Assembly (NCBI GenBank): GCA_903877935.1
Contig: CAIRGA010000213.1
Span: 1 to 52,976 of the forward strand
DNA from: an uncultured Hyphomicrobiales bacterium
GTDB lineage: Bacteria; Pseudomonadota; Alphaproteobacteria; Rhizobiales; Beijerinckiaceae
DNA length: 52,976 nt
Direction: 5' to 3'
Shown: one piece after another, positions 46,440 through 52,976 of the stretch
Position numbering within the stretch: the first letter of the stretch is position 1
Layout of the letters: every line of letters starts with the position of its first letter
The notes under the pieces: generated by a model
Seen by the model: the letters and a program-made list of their open reading frames with translations, nothing else
Databases searched by the model: none
Told to the model about the DNA's origin: nothing
Translations under genes and position numbers: made by a program

Positions 46440-46578
46440 CGGGCTGCTCCGTTCAAAGGTTGATGGGATCAAAATCACAGATATGCCGACAAGTTGCAAT
46501 CACCCTTGGGCGTTAAACTGGTTTGACGGCGGAGTTTCGAGCTTCTACGATTGAGAAAAATCAAATGGGGGAATATCA

Positions 46579-47508
46579 ATGTCCAAGACCGGTGGCGTCG
46601 CTATCCTTGGGATTTTTGTGGCCGATCTAGCGTTTCGTTCCGGCCGTATGCCGGCGGTGGGTGAAACGATTATGGGATCCGGCTTCGCCATGGGGCCGGG
46701 CGGCAAAGGATCCAATCAAGCCGTGGCCGCGGCAAGGGCCGGTGCGGCGGTGAGTTTCATCTCGCGATTGGGCCAAGATTCCTTCGGTGATATCGCGATG
46801 GCGACGTGGCAAAAGGAAGGCATTACCACCCGCGTTGCCCGGTCTGATGGTGCGCCAACGGGCGCGGCTTTTATTTACGTCAATGACACGAATGGCGAGA
46901 ATGCGATTATTGTCGTGCCGGGTGCTGCGGGATTGATTTCGGTGGCCGATGTCGAGGCTGCTTCTGATTCGATCAGGAATGCCGCGGTTTTTGTAACGCA
47001 ATTGGAGCAGCCCGCGGATGCGGCCTTGCGGGCGTTACAGATTGCGAAAGCAGCGGGCGTGATCACGATATTCAATCCTGCGCCCGCCGCCCCCTTTGAT
47101 GAGGCGATCTATCCATTGGTGGATTACATTACGCCGAATGAAAGCGAAGCGTCATCCATGGTCGGCTTTCCTGTCGTGAGCGTTGATGATGCGCGTAAAG
47201 CCGGGGATGCGCTGCTGGCAAAAGGCATTGGAACAGCGCTCATTACGCTCGGCGAAAAGGGTGCTTTGTTTCACGATAAAGGACAATCCGTACTGGTGCC
47301 GGCATATGATGCCGGAACGGTGATCGAAACCGCCGGTGCCGGCGATGCCTTTAATGGTGGCTTTGCGGCGGCGCTCGCAAAGGGCATGGAACCATTGGCT
47401 GCCGCGCGATTTGGCTGTGCGGTCGCCGGTATTTCAGTGACGCGCGCGGGAACCGCTCCGGCAATGCCAACACTTGATGAAGTTGAAGCGCTGCTCAACC
47501 GCATCTAA
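46579..47508 (+). CDS. PfkB-family sugar kinase (ribokinase-like)
   Basis: 309 aa. GGKGSNQAVAAARAG, ITPNESEA and the ATP/anion-hole motif ETAGAGDAFNGGFA. Confidence 0.85.
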   Translation: MSKTGGVAILGIFVADLAFRSGRMPAVGETIMGSGFAMGPGGKGSNQAVAAARAGAAVSFISRLGQDSFGDIAMATWQKEGITTRVARSDGAPTGAAFIYVNDTNGENAIIVVPGAAGLISVADVEAASDSIRNAAVFVTQLEQPADAALRALQIAKAAGVITIFNPAPAAPFDEAIYPLVDYITPNESEASSMVGFPVVSVDDARKAGDALLAKGIGTALITLGEKGALFHDKGQSVLVPAYDAGTVIETAGAGDAFNGGFAAALAKGMEPLAAARFGCAVAGISVTRAGTAPAMPTLDEVEALLNRI

Positions 47509-47584
47509 CCGCTTGCGGCGACGCTTAAAACATCGCAAATTGAAACGAGGCCCTAAAGGGCAGGTAAATTATCGGGGGGAATGA

Positions 47585-48682
47585 ATGGCTGGTCTTGCAT
47601 TGCGCGGTGTCAAAAAATCATTTGGCAGCGTCGAAGTCATTCGTGGCGTTGATCTCGATATTAAGGATGGTGAATTCTGCGTTTTCGTCGGTCCTTCCGG
47701 CTGCGGAAAATCGACATTGTTGCGCATGATTGCGGGCCTTGAGGAAATGAGCGATGGCTTGATCGAGATTGGCGGCAAGGATGTTACGTTTTTGCCGCCT
47801 GCTAAGCGTGGCATCTCGATGGTATTTCAATCCTACGCGCTTTATCCGCATATGACGGTCCGCCAGAACATTGCGTTCGGACTTAAGATGGCCAAGACCT
47901 CGCGCGATGAAATTGCCGCGCGTACGGCCAAGGCTGCGACTTTACTGCAATTAACGGATTATCTTGATCGCAAGCCTGCACAATTATCGGGCGGGCAGCG
48001 CCAGCGCGTAGCGATTGGCCGTGCGATTGTGCGCGAGCCGGAAGTGTTTTTGTTCGACGAGCCTTTATCAAATCTCGATGCCGCCTTGCGCGTTCAGATG
48101 CGCATCGAAATTGCCAAGCTGCATAATGATCTAAAAGCCACGATGGTTTATGTGACCCATGATCAGGTTGAGGCCATGACGATGGCCGACAAGATTGTGG
48201 TGTTAAGCGCTGGCCGCATCGAGCAGGTGGGTAGCCCGCTGGATCTCTATCACCGCCCGAATAATCTGTTTGTCGCGACCTTTATCGGTAGTCCGAAGAT
48301 GAATCTGATGCCGGGTGAGGTGGTAGATGTTGCGAATGGTTCGGCGAATGTTGTCTTAAAAGGCGGCGTACAGATTTCCGTCGATACGCATGGCAAGTCG
48401 ATCGCCAAGGGGCCGGTGACGGTTGGTATCAGGCCCGAACATATTGGCGTCGGGCAGACGGGCGCTCAAAATACCGTTCCGGGTAAAGTGGTCTTGTCTG
48501 AGCATTTGGGTGGCGAAACCATGCTCTATGTCGAGACATCGGCCATCCCGCAATGTGTGGTGAAGACGGATGGTTTGGCTTCGCAAAAAATTGGTGAAAC
48601 GGTTTCGCTCTCTTTTCCAGCGAATACGTGTCACCTCTTTGATGCAAACGGACAGGCGATCGTGAACGGCTCGTTGATCTGA
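47585..48682 (+). CDS. ABC transporter ATP-binding protein, MalK/UgpC/MsmX type (CUT1)
   Basis: 365 aa. [33 protein letters not shown], and a C-terminal TOBE-like regulatory domain. Confidence 0.93.
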   Translation: MAGLALRGVKKSFGSVEVIRGVDLDIKDGEFCVFVGPSGCGKSTLLRMIAGLEEMSDGLIEIGGKDVTFLPPAKRGISMVFQSYALYPHMTVRQNIAFGLKMAKTSRDEIAARTAKAATLLQLTDYLDRKPAQLSGGQRQRVAIGRAIVREPEVFLFDEPLSNLDAALRVQMRIEIAKLHNDLKATMVYVTHDQVEAMTMADKIVVLSAGRIEQVGSPLDLYHRPNNLFVATFIGSPKMNLMPGEVVDVANGSANVVLKGGVQISVDTHGKSIAKGPVTVGIRPEHIGVGQTGAQNTVPGKVVLSEHLGGETMLYVETSAIPQCVVKTDGLASQKIGETVSLSFPANTCHLFDANGQAIVNGSLI

Positions 48683-48687
48683 GCCGT

Positions 48688-49812
48688 TTACGGTTCGTGT
48701 GGTTCGCGGTCGAGGCTGAAGTTTTGATCGATCCGTCCGATGGCGGCCGTTAAAAGATCCGACAACCCGACAAGATCATTTAGATCGCACATCTCAAGCG
48801 ATGAGTGCGTGTAACGGCATGGAAATCCCATATCGATCACAGCCACGCCGGAGCCTACCAATTGCACATAGGATGATTCCGTTAGCGCGCCGATATGAGC
48901 GCTCCGTTGCAAGGGAATACCTGTTGCTTTGGATGTTTCTTTGAAAAGTGAGACGAGGGCGGGGTGCGGAATAGCGCCGTTCAGCGTACCGCGTCCGTGG
49001 AAACTGTACATCCCCATGGCAGGGCCACCCTTTAAGCGAACATCGCCACGGCTTGCCATATCCGGTGTGTCGGTTGCTAAGATCAGATCGAGTTGAATGG
49101 CAATATCGGGCTGCAAAGCTTGGGCGGCTGTCACGGCACCGCGCAGATTAAATTCTTCCTGAACGGAGAATACGAGATGAACCGTCGGATGATTTTTTGA
49201 AGCGATTAATTGTTTGGCGACGTCTAGAACGACGGCGCATCCTGCACGATCATCGATTGATGTTCCAGCAATCCGATCATTGGCGAGCCTGACCGCATGG
49301 GGGCGATAGACCACGGGCGTTCCGATATCGATTCCGGCGTCCATGGCTTCTTGGGCAGATGTAAAGCCCGCATCAATATAGAGCTCCTGATAGGGCACAA
49401 CTTTATATTTTTCATCGGGGCTTGTGGCGTGATGGCTCTTATTCGCGATAATGCCCGGCACGTCTTTGCCAGCGCCTACACACAGGAGAACTTCTTGCGA
49501 CGCTAAAGCGCGCTCAGGCACACCGCCGAGGCGTTCAACGCGGATAAGGCCATTGGGCTCGATTTTTCGAACGATTAATCCAAGCTGATCGATATGGGCA
49601 TAGAGCATCACGCTTGGCGCGCCCTTTGTGCCGGAAAGCGTGGCGATGAGATTGCCGAGGCGATCCGTTGTATGATGAACACCAAGATGATCGAGCTCTT
49701 TTGCTATCGCACGACGAACGCGACCCTCATGACCACTCAGGCCCGGGATCAGCATCAGATCATGCAAAGATGTAGCGATGCTTTCGAGTCTTGATTTTAT
49801 TGAGGGCACCAT
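48688..49812 (-). CDS. M42 family metallopeptidase (FrvX/SgcX/YsdC-like)
   Basis: 374 aa. LMLIPGLSGHEGRVRRAI, DRLGNLIA, MLYAHIDQLGL, GTSIDDRAGC, FSVQEEFNLRGA. Confidence 0.88.
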   Translation of the reverse strand: MVPSIKSRLESIATSLHDLMLIPGLSGHEGRVRRAIAKELDHLGVHHTTDRLGNLIATLSGTKGAPSVMLYAHIDQLGLIVRKIEPNGLIRVERLGGVPERALASQEVLLCVGAGKDVPGIIANKSHHATSPDEKYKVVPYQELYIDAGFTSAQEAMDAGIDIGTPVVYRPHAVRLANDRIAGTSIDDRAGCAVVLDVAKQLIASKNHPTVHLVFSVQEEFNLRGAVTAAQALQPDIAIQLDLILATDTPDMASRGDVRLKGGPAMGMYSFHGRGTLNGAIPHPALVSLFKETSKATGIPLQRSAHIGALTESSYVQLVGSGVAVIDMGFPCRYTHSSLEMCDLNDLVGLSDLLTAAIGRIDQNFSLDREPHEP

Positions 49813-49816
49813 TCGG

Positions 49817-50629
49817 TTAGCCTTTTCGTGCGGCGCGGGCCAACTGCATAAATTCTATCGCGCGATCGGGATCAACGGCATTCCAAGTATGGCCATCGAC
49901 TTTGAGCGATGACCCAACAATGCAACCATCGGCAACGCGAAGAACGTCGGCAATGGTTGAATGTTTCACCCCCGTATTGGCAAGAACGGGGGTTGTCGGA
50001 AGAGCCTTTTTGACCGCTTCGAGATCGCTCATCGCGGCGGCTTCGCCCGTAATCGCTCCCGACACAAGGATAGCGTCAGGAATGCTGGAGAAGACTGCAC
50101 TGCGCGCGCGATCCGCAAGGCTACGCTGATCGAGCGAATGCGCAAATTCGGCGGAGATATTATAAAGAAGCGGCATATCGCTTCGACCAAGGCGATCCCG
50201 ATACCGCATCGCCGCACCCGCATTTGGCGTCCATGGCCCCATATCGGATGCATAGGTGCCGGTGAAAATCTCACGTACGAAGGATGCGCCCGTTGCTGCC
50301 GCAAGGGCTATGCTGCTCATCGGGTCCCATAAGACATTGACACCGAAGGGTAGCGTCATCTCGTTGCGCACCTGACCAATAATATAGGCCATGGTTGCAG
50401 TCGATGCCGTGTCTACGTTGAACTCATAGGGGCGATCATTTTCATTGCCGAACATAATTGCATCAAAGCCAGCGACTTGAAGCGCTTTTATGTCTTTTCT
50501 AACGCCTTCTAACAATCCGTGTAATCCGGCTTCTGCATCATAAAGCGGTGAGCCAGGCAGGGCTCCAAAATGGACCATGGCGATAACGGGCTTTGTCGGA
50601 CCAAACACCCGCGTAAATTTCGTACTCAT
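49817..50629 (-). CDS. BtpA/SgcQ family protein
   Basis: 270 aa. PVIAMVHFGALPGSPLYD, FDAIMFGNENDRPY, GVNVLWD, VSGAITGEAA, NTGV...GCIVGSSLK are the BtpA-family pattern. Confidence 0.88.
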   Translation of the reverse strand: MSTKFTRVFGPTKPVIAMVHFGALPGSPLYDAEAGLHGLLEGVRKDIKALQVAGFDAIMFGNENDRPYEFNVDTASTATMAYIIGQVRNEMTLPFGVNVLWDPMSSIALAAATGASFVREIFTGTYASDMGPWTPNAGAAMRYRDRLGRSDMPLLYNISAEFAHSLDQRSLADRARSAVFSSIPDAILVSGAITGEAAAMSDLEAVKKALPTTPVLANTGVKHSTIADVLRVADGCIVGSSLKVDGHTWNAVDPDRAIEFMQLARAARKG

Positions 50630-50674
50630 GTATTTGTCACTCCATTACCGGTTCGAATGTGTTCGTCCCGATTT

Positions 50675-51604
50675 TTATTTCACAGCACCTGCCGTTAGGC
50701 CCTTCACAATATAGCGCTCAAGGAAAATACCGATAACGATGAGGGGTGCAATCGCACCGGTTGAAAGCGCGGCCATGGTCCACCAGCTGATCCCTTGTGA
50801 GCCTGTTTGGCTAGCGACCATTACGGGAACAGTTTTTGCACTGGTACTCGTCAAAAGGGCGGCAAAGAAATATTCGTTCCAGCACAGCACAACCGATAAA
50901 ATAAATGCCGCAACCAAGCCCGGAAGAGCGAGCGGAAGCACGATCCGGATAAATGCGCCCCATATTGTGCAACCATCAACAAGGGCTGCTTGTTCAAGCT
51001 CGATTGGAATGGTTTCGAATTGATCGCGTGTGATCCAAATGACGATCGGCAACACCATCAAGGTATAAACGAGGATGAGACCGAAGAGGTTATCAAGCAG
51101 AGCAAGCTCCTTGTACAGAACAAGAAAAGGCATAGCGAGCACAACGGGAGGAAGGAGCAGCTGCGAGAGGAAGAAAAACGAAATATCCTTGTTCCGCCAT
51201 GGGCCGAATTTATAGTTGAAACGCGCCAGTCCATAAGCGGCGGGAGCGCCAATGATTACGGCGAGAAGCGACGCACCGACCGATGCCATTACGCTATTGC
51301 CAAACCGCAAGAAAAACTCGTCGCGAACCGTTGAGACTTCGAAGATCGTATCCGGTGAAAGGCCAAGCGAACGCCAGCCCTTCCAATCACCTTGGAAGCG
51401 ACCGATAAACGGAATGATATCGCCTTGTGTGACATTTACGGCTGTTTTGAACGACGTCGAAATCGTCCAATAAATTGGAAACAGGCAAATAAAGGCCCAT
51501 GTCAGCAAGGCCGCATAAATCAAAATCTTGGCCGTAGCCCTGCTCCAGTTCCATGGTTGGGATGCCCGGCGCCGTGCGGCATATGCTTCGCTTGCAGTCG
51601 TCAT
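50675..51604 (-). CDS. Carbohydrate ABC transporter permease (CUT1, MalG-like)
   Basis: 309 aa, 6 TM, EAA-loop-like region IELEQAALVDGCTIWGAFIRIVLPL. Confidence 0.9.
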   Translation of the reverse strand: MTTASEAYAARRRASQPWNWSRATAKILIYAALLTWAFICLFPIYWTISTSFKTAVNVTQGDIIPFIGRFQGDWKGWRSLGLSPDTIFEVSTVRDEFFLRFGNSVMASVGASLLAVIIGAPAAYGLARFNYKFGPWRNKDISFFFLSQLLLPPVVLAMPFLVLYKELALLDNLFGLILVYTLMVLPIVIWITRDQFETIPIELEQAALVDGCTIWGAFIRIVLPLALPGLVAAFILSVVLCWNEYFFAALLTSTSAKTVPVMVASQTGSQGISWWTMAALSTGAIAPLIVIGIFLERYIVKGLTAGAVK

Positions 51605-52704
51605 TGCGCGGCCTCCCGGCGCATAAAGCGGCCAACAAGATTTAACAGGATCGTGATGAAGATAATAATGATGATGAGATAGACTTCGGCAGCCATGGTT
51701 CCGTAACCGACATTGGATCGATCGCGATATTCACGGAAAATGAAGCTTGAAACGGTATCGGTTGCGCCGCCCGGCCCGCCAGACGTTGTGTTGATCACAA
51801 TATCGGCGAGTTTCAATTGGAAAATGATACGCAAGACGATCGTAGTCACACTCACCGGCAGCATAAGCGGAAATGTGATGTGCCAGAACGATGTCCATCC
51901 TGCAGCACCATCAACCTTCGCGGCTTCTTGAATGTCTTTCGGCATGGCCTGAAGACCGGCAAGGATCAAGATGATCATGAAGGGAAGCCATACCCATGCA
52001 TCAAGTGCTAAAATACTAAATCGTGCGATCCAAGGCGTTGTAAAAAAAGCGGGGTTATCCCAACCCAAGTGGCGCGCGAAGGCAGCGACGGGTCCAAATC
52101 GAAATTCCATCAACGATTTGCCGATCATCCAGCTGACGGCAACGGGGCTGAGCATGAAGGGCAAGAGAAAAGCCACGCGGAAAAATTTACGGGCACGAAT
52201 ATCGGCATTCAATAAGAGCGCCAGACCGAAGGCTAATGCGTATTGCAGCAACACACTTGCGACATAGAAGGTCATGTTGCGCAGCGCATTCCAAAAATAA
52301 GAATCGTTATAAAGCGTTCTTAGATTGTCGAGGCCATTGAATTTCTGACCATCAAACGAGCTCAAGTTCCATTCGCTGAACGCGATATAAAAGCCGAAGA
52401 CCGTCGGAAAAATAACCATTGCGATGGTGAAGAGAAGTGCAGGCAATAAAAACAGCGCTTTGTGGCCAGCTTCACCGCGCATCATCACTTGGCTAATGCC
52501 GATTGAAACGGCCCATATGACATAGGCATAAAGCGAGGGACGCCAATTTTTTAGACCAAGAGTTATCACGCCATTTGCATCAAGAATTTGAAAAATGACG
52601 GTTGCCGCAAGCAAGAGGCTTGTCAGAATGATCAGCGCGCGTCCAGCGGACTTGCGACCTGCCGGGATCAAGGATGCATGGCCGATTGCAAATGATTGTG
52701 ACAT
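51601..52704 (-). CDS. Carbohydrate ABC transporter permease (CUT1, MalF-like)
   Basis: 367 aa polytopic protein with EAA loop DIQEAAKVDGAAGWTSFWHITFPL. 4-nt overlap with the downstream permease. Confidence 0.9.
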   Translation of the reverse strand: MSQSFAIGHASLIPAGRKSAGRALIILTSLLLAATVIFQILDANGVITLGLKNWRPSLYAYVIWAVSIGISQVMMRGEAGHKALFLLPALLFTIAMVIFPTVFGFYIAFSEWNLSSFDGQKFNGLDNLRTLYNDSYFWNALRNMTFYVASVLLQYALAFGLALLLNADIRARKFFRVAFLLPFMLSPVAVSWMIGKSLMEFRFGPVAAFARHLGWDNPAFFTTPWIARFSILALDAWVWLPFMIILILAGLQAMPKDIQEAAKVDGAAGWTSFWHITFPLMLPVSVTTIVLRIIFQLKLADIVINTTSGGPGGATDTVSSFIFREYRDRSNVGYGTMAAEVYLIIIIIFITILLNLVGRFMRREAAQ

Positions 52705-52760
52705 GAAAACTGCTTTTAATGGATGACGGCGAAACGCCTAGGGGACTTTGAAAAATGAAT

Positions 52761-52792
52761 CGACTGGCGGCGATGGATAACGCCGCCAGTCG
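52761..52792 (-). terminator. Perfect 12-bp stem hairpin followed by a T-run between the binding-protein gene and the permease genes (attenuator/terminator candidate)
   Basis: CGACTGGCGGCG-ATGGATAA-CGCCGCCAGTCG. On the minus (transcribed) strand it is followed by ATTCATTTTTC. It sits in the 122-nt gap between the stop at 52827 and the permease start at 52704. Confidence 0.55.
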
Positions 52793-52826
52793 TTTATTAC
52801 GTTTTTAATCAAGCCTCATGGCGTGA

Positions 52827-52976
52827 TTACATACCGAGCGAGGCCCGATAGAGCTTCAGTTGGTTTTCGCGGCCGATTTGATCGGTCAGCTTGTCCCACG
52901 CTGCTGCAATCGAGTCCGCACCCTGTTGTGCCGTCATCTTGCCAGCGAATACCTTTGCAAGCTCGTCTTCCGCGAC
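52827..52976 (-). CDS. ABC transporter extracellular solute-binding protein, C-terminal 49 codons only (gene starts beyond the right edge)
   Basis: Manual minus-strand translation gives VAEDELAKVFAGKMTAQQGADSIAAAWDKLTDQIGRENQLKLYRASLGM-stop. This is a typical CUT1 binding-protein C-terminus, located directly upstream of two CUT1 permeases. Confidence 0.7.
   Translation of the reverse strand, partial: VAEDELAKVFAGKMTAQQGADSIAAAWDKLTDQIGRENQLKLYRASLGM

Noticed and set aside
50630-50674. GGTTCGAAT (tRNA T-loop-like) string between the BtpA and permease genes
   Set aside because: The whole spacer is 45 nt, far too short for a tRNA, and no acceptor or anticodon stems can be drawn.
1-52976. Searched by eye for CRISPR-like repeat arrays, IS/transposase/integrase genes, toxin-antitoxin pairs, restriction-modification or other defence genes
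   Set aside because: None found. Every ORF over 90 aa that looks coding is accounted for by a housekeeping or metabolic family, and no spacer exceeds about 290 nt.

Overview
This is a gene-dense chromosomal segment of about 50 CDS with almost no non-coding space. Gene content and order suggest a Hyphomicrobiales/Rhizobiales-type alphaproteobacterium; this is inference from comM-mutS divergent from maeB, tadA divergent from rluB-rsmD, mog divergent from cysQ, and a SciP-like DUF1153 gene. Housekeeping genes occupy roughly 1-9.4 kb and 16.8-21 kb, and several accessory metabolic loci are interleaved with them:

- **9.9-15.6 kb:** an orphan HyuA-like ASKHA ATPase followed by a split methylmalonyl-CoA mutase.
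- **21.3-25.3 kb:** a glutamine-synthetase-like ligase, an aldehyde dehydrogenase and an Fe-alcohol dehydrogenase. A leaderless GGT-family hydrolase lies 3 kb downstream.
- **27.0-27.4 kb:** an orphan small protein with a nitrile-hydratase-leader-like (NHLP-like) segment, next to a GT39 glycosyltransferase and a TauE/SafE permease.
- **30.8-32.9 kb:** a cytochrome b / SHP / dihaem cytochrome c operon.
- **33.0-41.2 kb:** an 8-gene operon with a rhamnose-type ABC importer, RhaM mutarotase, an aldo-keto reductase, an SDR and an amidase-signature enzyme.
- **43.7-53.0 kb:** a sugar locus combining a BtpA/SgcQ + M42/SgcX pair with an ABC importer, a FucU-like protein, a xylose-isomerase-like isomerase, a PfkB kinase, a 6-phospho-3-hexuloisomerase and a HAD phosphatase.

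I saw no rRNA, tRNA, CRISPR array, IS/transposase/integrase, prophage or recognisable defence genes. The only regulator-like gene is the SciP-like one. My best candidates for undescribed biology are therefore metabolic: the SgcQ/SgcX sugar locus, the gamma-glutamylation-type cluster, the rhamnose-type operon ending in an amidase, and the HyuA-like/mutase linkage. All functional calls come from reading the translated ORFs for family motifs. No database search was possible, so substrate-level statements are inference.
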